In this document: positions 47,136-57,091 of the stretch, piece after piece
Layout: each line of letters opens with the position of its first letter
Numbering within the stretch: the stretch's first letter is position 1
Assembly: GCA_963711565.1 (NCBI GenBank)
Contig: CAVQEQ010000004.1
Coordinates: forward strand, 96,001-160,000
From: an uncultured delta proteobacterium
GTDB lineage: Bacteria > Desulfobacterota > Binatia > Binatales > Binataceae
Direction of reading: 5' to 3'
Length of the DNA stretch: 64,000 bases
The notes under the pieces: model-generated
Seen by the model: only the letters and a program-made list of their open reading frames with translations
Databases searched by the model: none
What the model was told of the DNA's origin: nothing
Program-made: the position numbers and the translations under genes

Positions 47136-50100
47136 CTAGGGCGCCTTGCCACTACCGGACAGCGCGTACTTCTGGCTGCCGGAGCCGCCCTGATCAACAA
47201 AGGTCACCTGCCCGGCGCGACCACCGGTAGTGGTCGGGGTGAAGTCGATGCTGACCGTACAGGTGCCGCTCGGCGCGACCATAGTCCCGCTGCAACCGTC
47301 TGCCGTGATTGAATAGTCAGACGACAGTGCGCTCACCGTCGCGGAAGTGAACGACATCGTGACCGTGTTGGGGTTGGTGACCGTGATCGAGCTCGGTCCC
47401 GCAGTGGTTCCTACCGTCACCGCGCCGAAGGCAAGCGACGACGGCGAGAAGGTCGGCGCCAGCAGCGTGCCGGTGCCGGTCAGGCTGCTCGTCCCACCGG
47501 AGTTGCTGAAGTTGCCGTTGAACGTGAGAGTGCCGGTGGCAGCGCCGGTCGCAGTCGGACTGAAGGTCAGCGTTTCGGTGCAGCTGCTGTTCGCCGCCAG
47601 CACCCCGGTGCATCCGTCGCTGATGATTGCGAAGTTGCCCGACACCGCGACGCTGCTGATGGTCACGGCGATAGCGTTGTTATTCTTCACCGTCGCGATC
47701 TTGGTCCCGCTGGTCAAACCCACTACCACACTGCCAAAGGCGGTCGTGGGCGGAAGGGTGATCGACGGGGCTACGCCCGCGCCGCTAAGCGTGACCGTGT
47801 TTGGAGCGTTCGCGGCGCCTGAGGGAACGTTCGCCGTGCCGGTAAAGCTGCCAACCGCGGAGGCGGTGAAACTTACCGTGAACACGCAGCTGTCGCCCGG
47901 CGTCCCGTTCACCGCCAGCGTCTGCCCCGAACACGGCTGGAAGTTCGCGTTCAACTCGCAGGTTCCGCCGCCGGTGCAGCTCGTTTCGTCGCTCGGTCCG
48001 GTGCAGGCAGCGCCGGGATTGGCGCCCTCAACGCACGCATACATATTGACCAGCGTGCAGGTTCCGCCGCCCGTGCAGCTCGTCACGTCGCTGGTCCCGG
48101 TGCAGCTGGCGCCGGGGTTGGTGCCGCCCGCGCAGTCATAGAGCTTGACTGTTGGGAAAGCAGGATTGACCGCGCAGGTTCCTCCGTCGGTGCAGCTCGT
48201 GACGTCGCTGGCGCCGAGACAGTTGGCGCCGGGGTTGGAGCCGCCCGAGCACACATAGAGGTTGACCGGCTGGAAGTTCGGATTAAGGACGCAAGTCCCG
48301 CCGCCCGTACAGTCACTGTCCTCCGTGCATGCGGCGCCCGGGATGGAGCCGCCCAGGCACGCATCACCCGACATGGGCGTCGTGGCCGTCAACGCGGTGA
48401 TCGTATCGATCATGACCGGGACCGCGGACTGATTGAGCGCCGTGACCCCGTTGTAGCCATAGGTCGTGGTCGTGCCCCAATTCGCGAACGTCGAGTTACC
48501 GAATGCCAGGCCGTAGGGCGTGACCTTCAACTCCGCCGTCACGACCTGACCGACGGTGTTCGAGGTGCTGGTAATGTAGAGGCAGCCGGTTGGATTGGGC
48601 GTATAGACCGCCGTCATGTTGTAGCTGCCCGGCGTAAGCGTTGAGGTAGTGCACTGCGCCTGGTCGGAAGTTGGGCTGCCGAGGGCTACGTCCGAGCAGA
48701 TGGGCGTGGCGCCGGCATTGAACGTCACCGTGCCGCAGGTGATCGGGTTTGCGGAGTCGTCGGTCACAGTCGCGGTGAAAGTCAGCGGCTGACCGTAGGG
48801 TGCCGGAGTGGTGCCGCTGGTCAGGGCCAGGTTGGTGTTACTCGGCACTGCGGTGGCGGTTGGCGTTGCCGTCGGCGTCTCGGTCGCGGTCTCAGTCGGC
48901 ACGATCGTTTCAGTTGGTGTCGCCGTGGCCGTCTCAGTCGCCGTTGCCGTCTCGGTTGCAGTTACGGTTGGCGTCGCTGTCGCGGTCACGGTTGGCGTCG
49001 CTGTCGCGGTCACGGTCGCGGTTGCCGTCGCGGTCAGGGTCGCCGTTGCTGTTGCAGTCACAGTCGGCGTTGCCGTTGCAGTCACGGTTGGCGTTGCCGT
49101 CGCGGTCACGGTCGCAGTGGCCGTTGCAGTCACAGTCGGCGTTGCCGTCGCCGTCACAGTCGGTGTTGCCGTCGCAGTGACAGTTGGCGTTGCCGTTGCG
49201 GTCACAGTCGGTGTTGCCGTCGCGGTCACGGTTGCTGTAGCTGTCGCCGTTTTAGTTGGCGTAGCCGTCGCGGTCACAGTGGGCGTTGGCGTTGGTCCGA
49301 CCAGGTAGGTCAGGACGATGAGACCTTGCTGTCCCGAACCGCCTGCTTCAGCGCTGGTGCCGCCGCCGCCGCCCGCTGCTCCGTAGGTGCCGCCCGCACC
49401 GCCTGGATTGGCCGGAGATTCGTCGCCGCCGCCACCGCCGCCGCCCGAGCCATAGGCTGGCGATGTTGAGTATTCCGTACCGTCGCCGCCGGCACCGCCG
49501 GGGCCTCCGTTGCCACCCGCCCCGCCTGCTCCACCGCTGCCGGCGTCGCCGGTGCCTCCCGCTCCGCCGTTCGAACTGGTCGGTGTGCCTCCGACGGCTC
49601 CTGTGCCGTTAAGTCCCGCTGCACCGCCGCCGCCGCCACCGCCGCGGGAAGTAGTAGCCGTGAAGCCGCCGCCGCCGCCGGCAAATTTCGGCGATCCTAC
49701 GTCAGTGGTCGTGGTGTTTGCCGCGCCGGCTGCGGTTGTAGTCCCGCTCGCGCCGCCTTTTGCTGCGCAACAGACACCTGCCGTGCACGTCAAGCTCGTG
49801 GCGTTAAACCAGGTTGCGCCGGTCGTCGAGGGCGAGCCACCAGCCGCGCCAAGTTGAAAGCTGATGCTGTTGCCGGGCGTGACGGTCAGAGTTGCGAGCT
49901 GAGCGTAGTCGCCACCCGCACCGCCGCCGCCTCCATGATTGCCGGCGCCACCGGTCGAGCCGTTACCGCCGGCTCCGATGCACTCGGCCATTACCGAAGT
50001 GACGCCGGGCGGAACTGTCCAACTGGTGCCGGAAGTCAGAACGGTGGTGGTTGGCGTTGGGGTCGGCGTCGCGGTTGCGGTTACGGTCGCAGTGGGTGTG

Positions 50101-51935
50101 GTGGTCGCGGTCGCGGTGGCTGTCTTAGTCGGTGTCGCGGTCGCGGTCTTCGTTGGGGTCGGTGTGGCGCACGCGTTCACGACCAATGTGGCCGTAGACG
50201 ACGTCGCCGTGCCGCTTGTGCCACCAGTGCCAGTGGCAGTTACGGTGAAATGGTAAGTGGCTGCGGGCGTGGTGCCGCACGTCGTGCCTATGGTCAACGT
50301 CGAAGTCCCCGAACCACCGAAGGCGGCACCGGTGACGGGGTTCGTGCCGAAATTCACAGTCGTCCCCGCTGGCTGACCCCCAGTAAAAGTAGTTGAGAGA
50401 GTCGCTTCCTGGCTGCTCACGCTGAACGAAAAGTCGACCGTAACGCCGTAGTTGCCGGTGGTCCCGCCAGCGGTAACGGTCTCTGATGAGCTGCTGAGGG
50501 TGACGCTGGTTACGCTATCGGTGAACCGGTCCTGCGCGGTCAGGCCCGAGGTCTGCCCGGTCGCTGTCATCTGGAACACGACGCCGCCGTCGGTGTCGGT
50601 AATCTCGAAATTATTGTAGTCGGTGAATGCGCCGGTGGAATCGGCAGTGTCGGTGAATTCTTCGGTCTCGTCGTTGGACTGCTGAATCTCGATGAGCACC
50701 GTCTCGCCGGGCGTCCATCCCGCTCCGTAGATAATCACTGGCGAGCCCGGCGAATAGTCGGGCTTGTCGGTGCGAATGGTCTGATATGAAAACGTCTCGG
50801 ACAGAGCCAGCGGGGTGCCGTTGCTGTCCACGCCGCCGCTCACCAGCACCTGCCCGACCGCGGGCAGCGCAAAGAAGTTAGCCGCGAACTCGTCGCGCGC
50901 AACGCTCATCGGCTCGTTGGCGACGAAGGTTCCGGTGACAGGATCGTAGAGTTCGTTCGCAGTGACCGGCGCGCCGTCGCTGGTGCCGCCGGCGATCAAC
51001 ACCTTGCCGTTGTAGGGCAGGGTCAGCCCGATATGCCCGCTGCGCGGCGTGATCATCGGCGCCGTGAGCATCGTGAAAGTAGCAGTCGCAGGGTCGTATG
51101 ATTCGGCGCTGTTCAGGTCGGTGCCGGTCGCATCCTGGCCGCCTTCGATCAACACCGTGCCCTCGATATCAAGCAGCAGCGACGCGGTCGCCAGCGTGCG
51201 CGCTTCGTTGAGGCTGCCAACCTCGGTCACCGCGCCGCTGTCAGGATTGAACAGCTCGGCGCTGGCCAGCGGTCCCGACGCGTTCGAGCCGCCGGCTATC
51301 AGCACCGTCCCGTCGTAGAGCAGCGTGGCGGTATGATCCTGCCGGGCGAACTCCAGCTTGCCGGCAGCCGTAAAGGTTTTGCTGGTAGGGTTGTAAACCT
51401 CGAGGTTGGCGAGCGGTCCCGATGCGTTACTGCCGCCGGCTATCAGCACGCTGCCGTTGAGCAGCAGGGTGGCAGTATGATGGCTGCGCGCCTTGGTCAT
51501 CGCAGGCAGCGCGGTGAATGTATTCTGGGTTGGATCGTAGAGTTCGGCGGCCGACCTGGGCGCGCCGGAACCGTTGAGTCCGCCGGCAAGCAGGACGGTG
51601 TTGTCGTTGAGGACGGTTGCAGTCATACCCGAAGCGGCGGTCGGGAGGCCGGTCGGCAAGGTGGTAAACGAGTTGCTGGTGAGGTTGTAGATTTCGGCGC
51701 TCTTGAGCGTCGCGCCCGACTCGCTGATGCCGCCGGCGATCAGTGCCTCGCCGTTGGGCAGCGTCGCAGCGGCGTGATTCGCGCGCGCCGTGTTGAGGCT
51801 CCCGGAAACCGTCCACTCGCCAGGCGCCTGGGCCGAAATCGGCAGCGCAAGCAGCAGGACGGCGAACAGCGCCTTAAGGACAATAGAGCCAACGCGACCC
51901 GCAAATTTACGGGAACCTGGATCGGCCATTTTCAT
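47136..51935 (-). CDS. Giant secreted surface protein B, tandem paralogue of A
   Basis: Same architecture as A; C-terminal ~600 aa nearly identical. Confidence 0.9.
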   Translation of the reverse strand: MKMADPGSRKFAGRVGSIVLKALFAVLLLALPISAQAPGEWTVSGSLNTARANHAAATLPNGEALIAGGISESGATLKSAEIYNLTSNSFTTLPTGLPTAASGMTATVLNDNTVLLAGGLNGSGAPRSAAELYDPTQNTFTALPAMTKARSHHTATLLLNGSVLIAGGSNASGPLANLEVYNPTSKTFTAAGKLEFARQDHTATLLYDGTVLIAGGSNASGPLASAELFNPDSGAVTEVGSLNEARTLATASLLLDIEGTVLIEGGQDATGTDLNSAESYDPATATFTMLTAPMITPRSGHIGLTLPYNGKVLIAGGTSDGAPVTANELYDPVTGTFVANEPMSVARDEFAANFFALPAVGQVLVSGGVDSNGTPLALSETFSYQTIRTDKPDYSPGSPVIIYGAGWTPGETVLIEIQQSNDETEEFTDTADSTGAFTDYNNFEITDTDGGVVFQMTATGQTSGLTAQDRFTDSVTSVTLSSSSETVTAGGTTGNYGVTVDFSFSVSSQEATLSTTFTGGQPAGTTVNFGTNPVTGAAFGGSGTSTLTIGTTCGTTPAATYHFTVTATGTGGTSGTATSSTATLVVNACATPTPTKTATATPTKTATATATTTPTATVTATATPTPTPTTTVLTSGTSWTVPPGVTSVMAECIGAGGNGSTGGAGNHGGGGGAGGDYAQLATLTVTPGNSISFQLGAAGGSPSTTGATWFNATSLTCTAGVCCAAKGGASGTTTAAGAANTTTTDVGSPKFAGGGGGFTATTSRGGGGGGGAAGLNGTGAVGGTPTSSNGGAGGTGDAGSGGAGGAGGNGGPGGAGGDGTEYSTSPAYGSGGGGGGGDESPANPGGAGGTYGAAGGGGGTSAEAGGSGQQGLIVLTYLVGPTPTPTVTATATPTKTATATATVTATATPTVTATATPTVTATATPTVTATATPTVTATATATVTATATPTVTATATPTVTATATATLTATATATVTATATPTVTATATPTVTATETATATETATATPTETIVPTETATETPTATPTATAVPSNTNLALTSGTTPAPYGQPLTFTATVTDDSANPITCGTVTFNAGATPICSDVALGSPTSDQAQCTTSTLTPGSYNMTAVYTPNPTGCLYITSTSNTVGQVVTAELKVTPYGLAFGNSTFANWGTTTTYGYNGVTALNQSAVPVMIDTITALTATTPMSGDACLGGSIPGAACTEDSDCTGGGTCVLNPNFQPVNLYVCSGGSNPGANCLGASDVTSCTDGGTCAVNPAFPTVKLYDCAGGTNPGASCTGTSDVTSCTGGGTCTLVNMYACVEGANPGAACTGPSDETSCTGGGTCELNANFQPCSGQTLAVNGTPGDSCVFTVSFTASAVGSFTGTANVPSGAANAPNTVTLSGAGVAPSITLPPTTAFGSVVVGLTSGTKIATVKNNNAIAVTISSVAVSGNFAIISDGCTGVLAANSSCTETLTFSPTATGAATGTLTFNGNFSNSGGTSSLTGTGTLLAPTFSPSSLAFGAVTVGTTAGPSSITVTNPNTVTMSFTSATVSALSSDYSITADGCSGTMVAPSGTCTVSIDFTPTTTGGRAGQVTFVDQGGSGSQKYALSGSGKAP

Positions 51936-52399
51936 ATATTATCCTTCCCGTTTCCGCTCGAACCGGCAGCGGCGGGTGCGTATAAACTCGCGAAAAACGT
52001 TGAAATATCCCCCTCGCGCCCCCGTGGCGACAGCCCCCGGCGCCGCGAAACGAGGCTGTGTTTAGCACAAAACGCCTACCTTGAGCAAACAGTACGCAAG
52101 ATAGGTCAATAGAGTGTTCTGAAAACCATCAAAAATTGAAGATTCGCCCTGTCCGGCCCCGCCAAGAACAATTAGCAGAGAAACCTTACTTTAAGATTTT
52201 GTCACCGAAAGGCGCGCGCAGAGTTGGAGGCTAGTCCACCCGCCAGGTGAATCGCTCGGGGCGGACGCGCAAAAGGTCCAAGAAGCAATCTGTTAGCCGG
52301 ATGCAAACCGAACGTCATCACTGCCAATCACAGCTTGTTTTCGGACGGGCCGCGATGCTCTCGGCTTGTGCCGGAGATCGGCGACTTCAGAGTGGACGG

Positions 52400-55036
52400 C
52401 TAGCGGCGGTTGCCTTTCCCGCTCAAGTTGACCACCTGCGGACTGTTGGCGGCGTTGTCGACGAGCGGCAGGTCGCCGGTCAGCTTCCCGATAGCGGTAG
52501 GTCTGAAGGCAACGGTGATTGAACAGCTGCCATGTGCGGCCACGCTGGCGCCGCACGAATTGGTCTGCACGAAGTCACCGGTGACCGACATTTCAGTAAA
52601 GCGCACAGTTGCCGCGCTCTTGTTAGTCACTTTCAAGACTTTGGCGCGGCTCATGGTGCCGACTTTCTGAGCAGCGAATTTCAACTTGGCAGGCGAGACT
52701 GACAGTGCACCGGGCGTGGCCGTCGCGGTAGGCGTCGTCGAGGCGGTCGGCGTCGCGGTCACAGTCGCAGTGGCAGTTATGGTCGGCGTCGCAGTCAAGG
52801 TCGGCGTCGCCGTTGCGGTACGAGTCGGCGTTGCTGTGCGAGTTGGCGTTGCGGTACGAGTCGCAGTCGGGGTTGGGGTCGGAGTCGCGGTGGCAGTTGG
52901 CGTTGGCGCCGGCGTCGCGCACGCAGCGGGTGTCGCCGAGGCGGAATCGCCAACGAGAAAGACATGTGCCTGGTACGGCTGAAATACGCCATAGAAAGTC
53001 GTGCTGGTGTTGGGCGCGCACGTCACTCCGGTATCGTAATCGAGGACGGTGGTGGCGGGCTCAGCCAGCGTGAACTCGGCCGCGACGGGCGCCGCGGTGT
53101 AGTTGTAGGAGAACAGGTAGCGGGTGCCGTCGCTGCCGATCTTGGTCTTGGTGAAGACAGTGCCGGCGGCGGAGTTGGCGGTTATCACGGGGGCGTCGGG
53201 ACTGAGCAGCACCGGCTCGAGCGATTTGATCTCGGTGGTCACGTTGATCAGTTCCTGGTAGAGCGCCGCCTTCTCGGCCGCATTTGTGACGTCATAGAGA
53301 GCGCGCACGCCGTAGGACCAATAGAAGAGGCCGGTCGCGCCCTCGACGATCGCCATCCAGCTCATGTCGTGCAGTTGCTGCTGAGTGGGCCACGCGCCCG
53401 CAACGGTCAACTGGAAGAACTGGATGACGGTCCATACCGGGCGCGCGCCGTGTCCAGCCTGGTACGCGGCGCGAGTCCAGTCCGCAACTTCGGCGATGTC
53501 GTTGCCGCTGGCGAGGGCGAGCGGGTAGGGGTCAACCCCGATGACGTCCACGGTGTCCTTCCACAAACCGAGGTCGAGCGGATGGTCAAGCACGGCCAGG
53601 GTGAAGCCCGAGGGGTCGCCGCCTTTGAGGAGCGAATACTGGTTGAAGGTTTCAGGCTGATCAGTGCTCGGCGGCTCGTCCTGAACGTAATACCCAACCA
53701 CGCCGGGGTCGGACGACAACGCGGCGGCATAGTCGGAGGTCAGTTGGTCCTGATCGTCGGTGCCGAACTCGGCGGCGAGGGCGGTCGGGAAGTTCTTGTT
53801 GCCGGTGTAGAAGTCGTTGACCGTCGGCAGAAAGGTCATGCCGAAACTCTTCATCGCAGTGGTGTAGGCGGTAATCGCCGGGGTCGGCGCGTTGGTGAGA
53901 TAGTAGTTGATGATCATGTTGATCGGCGCCTGCGCGATCGCGGTCAGCTCCTTCACGTAGGACGCCGGCGCATACGACCATCCGGTGGTGTCGTAGATAC
54001 CGAGCACGAAGTGCGGGTTGCCGTCGATGAAGTGGGCGAGGTTGGCCGGGTCGATCCAGGCCTTCATGCCCGCGCGCACCGAGGCGTCGAGCTTGACGAC
54101 AGTGTAGGGGGTCTGCGTCATCAGCACGTTGCCGCTGGAATCCTCAAGCTTGCCCTCGACCTGGTAGCTGCCCGACGGCAGCGCGCTCATGTCGAGGGTG
54201 CCGGTGAACTCGGTCGCGGTGGGAGTGAAGGCGTTGCTGGCGACAATATTGCCGCCGGCATCGAGCGCGTCCAATTCGACTTGCAGGGCGCCGAGCGAAG
54301 TTCCGCTCGGCGGCGTGACGGTCAGGTCCATGCTTACGACCTGGCTTTGATCCGAGAACATCAGTCCGCGGTAGTTGGGGTAGAGCAGAAAGGTCTGCAG
54401 TCCCGGCGGTATCTCCTGTTGCACCGACAGGTTGGCGAACCACGCGTTGCCGGTCGGGATGGTGCCGTAGGTCTCAAGGCGGAACGACGCGGTCTTGCCG
54501 GCGGTGACGCTCACATGCTGCCGGGTCGCGCTGGTCCAGTCGGTGGTGCCGTTGACAACCGGCGAATAGTTGTAGTCGTAGAGAAAGAACATTGCGCCGT
54601 CGAGCAGACTCGCGCCGCTGAAATCTTCGGTCTTGATCTGGCCGCTGATCGTGTACTCCTGCCCGCCGGCGACGGCGAGCGTGTTGATTGCGATCGCGGG
54701 TGCTTTAGGATCGCAAGTCCCCGGATTGGTCAATTCGAGGCTGGCGCCGCCGTTGGGAGCCGGCGTAGTTGGGTCGAGGCCGAAGCAGGTGCTCGGAAAT
54801 GACCAACCGGTGGTGCCCAGCGAAAAGTCGCCGTTCACGAGCAGGTTGGAACTCAACGACCAGCCGGTTACCGGTGCGGTCAAGCCGCCGTCAACGAGAG
54901 TCTGGGCGAAGCCGGGAGATATTAGGACGAGTGACAGAGTATATAGTAGTATTACTAAGACGCCACATCTAGCTAATGATGTAGTAGCTATTGATGTAAT
55001 AGCTAATGATGTACAGTAGCGACGCCGATGCGACAT
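52400..55036 (-). CDS. Secreted glycoside-hydrolase-like protein: CBM-like, Ig, TIM barrel, Ala/Thr linker, choice-of-anchor D
   Basis: 'NLLVNGDFS', 'GYYVQDEP', 'DVIGVDPYP', 'PVWTVIQ', 'GATGLFYW'. Confidence 0.75.
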   Translation of the reverse strand: MSHRRRYCTSLAITSIATTSLARCGVLVILLYTLSLVLISPGFAQTLVDGGLTAPVTGWSLSSNLLVNGDFSLGTTGWSFPSTCFGLDPTTPAPNGGASLELTNPGTCDPKAPAIAINTLAVAGGQEYTISGQIKTEDFSGASLLDGAMFFLYDYNYSPVVNGTTDWTSATRQHVSVTAGKTASFRLETYGTIPTGNAWFANLSVQQEIPPGLQTFLLYPNYRGLMFSDQSQVVSMDLTVTPPSGTSLGALQVELDALDAGGNIVASNAFTPTATEFTGTLDMSALPSGSYQVEGKLEDSSGNVLMTQTPYTVVKLDASVRAGMKAWIDPANLAHFIDGNPHFVLGIYDTTGWSYAPASYVKELTAIAQAPINMIINYYLTNAPTPAITAYTTAMKSFGMTFLPTVNDFYTGNKNFPTALAAEFGTDDQDQLTSDYAAALSSDPGVVGYYVQDEPPSTDQPETFNQYSLLKGGDPSGFTLAVLDHPLDLGLWKDTVDVIGVDPYPLALASGNDIAEVADWTRAAYQAGHGARPVWTVIQFFQLTVAGAWPTQQQLHDMSWMAIVEGATGLFYWSYGVRALYDVTNAAEKAALYQELINVTTEIKSLEPVLLSPDAPVITANSAAGTVFTKTKIGSDGTRYLFSYNYTAAPVAAEFTLAEPATTVLDYDTGVTCAPNTSTTFYGVFQPYQAHVFLVGDSASATPAACATPAPTPTATATPTPTPTATRTATPTRTATPTRTATATPTLTATPTITATATVTATPTASTTPTATATPGALSVSPAKLKFAAQKVGTMSRAKVLKVTNKSAATVRFTEMSVTGDFVQTNSCGASVAAHGSCSITVAFRPTAIGKLTGDLPLVDNAANSPQVVNLSGKGNRR
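54971..55015. repeat. 3 x 15-bp AT-rich tandem repeat in the signal-peptide region
   Basis: agctaatgatgtagt / agctattgatgtaat / agctaatgatgtaca. Confidence 0.8.
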
Positions 55037-55084
55037 GAACGTTGCCCCCGTTTGAGTCGATGCGGATGGTGCAATCGCCCAAGG

Positions 55085-55100
55085 AGCAACTTCTCTGCCG
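55085..55100 (-). promoter_or_regulatory. Putative sigma54 -24/-12 promoter
   Basis: Minus strand CGGCAGAGAAGTTGCT (GG-N10-GC with TTGC), about 50 bp upstream of the ATG at 55036. Confidence 0.45.
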
Positions 55101-55371
55101 CTGCATGTGGGTCATCGGTCGATACTCACTGATGTCCCAAGGTGAAACGTTCTGTCGCGTGACCAGGCACGATCTTCGCGCCGATGATTCGCGATGACAC
55201 TTCGGGTCGCAAACTTGAGATAATCTGCGACGCGGAATTGGCGGGGCTGTCCGAAACCGGGCAGCCTCGAACTGGCTCACGCGCCAGTTACGTGGCATAG
55301 TGGCGACCGCAATTTACTGCGCATCCAGGTAGCGGAGAGAATCTGTGTTGGGAAGGGATAAAGGTTAACGC

Positions 55372-56385
55372 TTGAGTTCGGCAACGCCTTCGAGCACTTC
55401 GTCCGCACCACCGCTGCATGTCGTAGTTCTCATGCCTCTTCGCGATGACTGGGCCTCCGCCGCGGAACTAATCCGTCGTCTCGATCGAACCGTCGCTTCG
55501 TATCCGTGCACGCTTGATGTCTTGCTGGTCGATGATGCGTCACTTCAAGTCTGCAATGGCGCAGACTTTCAATCGCAGCTCGCCGCGGTGCGAACCATCA
55601 GGACGCTGCGGCTGCGCCGCAATCTTGGCCATCAGCGCGCGATCGCCATCGGCCTGGTCCATGTCCAGCAGAACATGACCTGCGATGCAGTCCTCGTGAT
55701 GGATGCCGACGGCGAGGATACGGCTGACGGCGCCCTGCAGCTCATCCGCGCTTTCTCTGACATCAACCGCAATCATGATGCGGGTGCGATCTTCGCGGAG
55801 CGGAGCCGCAGGACGGAGTCTTTGGTTTTTCGGTCCTTCTATCAGATTTACAAGATCGTGCATCGCCTCTTAACCGGGGTCAGGGTACGAGTGGGAAATT
55901 TCAGCATTCTGCCGTCGAGCTACCTCGCCACGCTCGTTGTCATGTCCGAGATGTGGAATCACTATGCGGCGGCGTTCTTTCGTTCGGGACTTCCGTTCAC
56001 GACGATTCCTATTCCGCGCGGACACAGGATCGCCGGAAGGTCCAGGATGAACTTCGTCACACTGGCCGCGCACGGCATAAGTGCGATTTCAGTATTCGGC
56101 GACGTGGTCGGCGTGCGGCTGCTGATTGCGTCGATGGCCGGGTCACTGCTGGCCCTGCTCGGCATCGTTGCGGTTTTTATCGTCCGGTTCTTCACCGATA
56201 TGGCGATCCCGGGTTGGGCTACTTACGCTTCGGGCGCGTTGGCCATCATCCTGGTGCAGTTCATCACCATGGCGATCAGTTTCACTTTCATCATGCTTTC
56301 GAACCGGACCAACCTGAGCTTTGTGCCGCTCCGTGACCATTCACTGTTTGTGGCCGGGGTTGAAATCATCTACCGCAATGACTGA
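55372..56385 (+). CDS. GT2 polyprenyl-phosphate glycosyltransferase (GtrB/ArnC-like)
   Basis: 'VDDAS', 'RNLGHQRAI', 'MDADGED'; two C-terminal TM helices. Confidence 0.88.
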   Translation: MSSATPSSTSSAPPLHVVVLMPLRDDWASAAELIRRLDRTVASYPCTLDVLLVDDASLQVCNGADFQSQLAAVRTIRTLRLRRNLGHQRAIAIGLVHVQQNMTCDAVLVMDADGEDTADGALQLIRAFSDINRNHDAGAIFAERSRRTESLVFRSFYQIYKIVHRLLTGVRVRVGNFSILPSSYLATLVVMSEMWNHYAAAFFRSGLPFTTIPIPRGHRIAGRSRMNFVTLAAHGISAISVFGDVVGVRLLIASMAGSLLALLGIVAVFIVRFFTDMAIPGWATYASGALAIILVQFITMAISFTFIMLSNRTNLSFVPLRDHSLFVAGVEIIYRND

Positions 56386-57091
56386 TTTCAGCTATGTCGG
56401 AACGGAACTGGAACTTTTCGCAACCGCGCACAACTGGAAGTCTTACCTGTCAGACCGCATCCGGCCATTCATCGCCGGCGACGTCCTCGAAGTCGGCGCC
56501 GGCATCGGCGCCAATACGCGCTACCTCGATCGAGGCGGGAATCCCCGGTGGGTCTGTCTCGAGCCCGATCAATCAATCGCGGCCAGGTTGCGCGTGAACC
56601 TGGAGCAAACCAACGCATCGCGCGGTTACGAGGTCGTGTGCGGACCGCTGCAATGCCTGAAGGCGAGTCCACGCTTCGACACCATTATCTATATCGACGT
56701 TCTCGAGCATATCGAGCACGATCGCGAGGAGTTGGAGGCCGCGGCGATCCTGCTCAAAGCCGGAGGCCGGCTGATAGTCCTGTCGCCCGCTCATCAGTAC
56801 CTCTTCAGTCCCTTCGATGCCGCCATCGGACATTGCCGACGCTATGACCGACGAACGCTACGAACCATCTCACCCGCCGGCCTGCGTCTCGAGCAATTAT
56901 GGTATCTGGATTCGGTTGGTCTTTTGCTCTCGTTCGCCAACCGACAATTTCTGCGGCAATCGATGCCGACCAAAGCGCAGATTCGGTTTTGGGACCAATA
57001 CATAGTTCCGGCCTCGAGAGTCCTTGACCGATGCTCTTTTGGCTCGCTGGGAAAGTCGATCGTGGGAATTTGGCGCCGGGAGGCAGGATGA
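56378..57091 (+). CDS. Class I SAM-dependent methyltransferase
   Basis: 'VLEVGAGIG', 'DVLEHIEHD', 'GHCRRY'. Confidence 0.88.
   Translation: MTDFSYVGTELELFATAHNWKSYLSDRIRPFIAGDVLEVGAGIGANTRYLDRGGNPRWVCLEPDQSIAARLRVNLEQTNASRGYEVVCGPLQCLKASPRFDTIIYIDVLEHIEHDREELEAAAILLKAGGRLIVLSPAHQYLFSPFDAAIGHCRRYDRRTLRTISPAGLRLEQLWYLDSVGLLLSFANRQFLRQSMPTKAQIRFWDQYIVPASRVLDRCSFGSLGKSIVGIWRREAG

Larger units (their letters stand above)
42084..51959. repeat. Tandem direct duplication of about 4.9 kb (42084-47013 and 47083-51959)
   Basis: Shared terminator, shared 3' UTR, shared 20-nt leader TATCCTTCCCGTTTCCGCTC (46994-47013 and 51940-51959). Confidence 0.9.

Noticed and set aside
43811-49308. Val/Ala-repeat 'membrane' ORFs on the plus strand
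   Set aside because: Reverse-complement readings of the Thr/Ala linker tracts
42139-51935. Diversity-generating retroelement or invertase shufflon as the cause of variation
   Set aside because: No reverse transcriptase or recombinase in the window, no evident adenine-specific TR/VR pair, and the repeats are direct rather than inverted
52964-54802. 612-aa plus-strand ORF
   Set aside because: Antisense shadow of the 878-aa secreted protein
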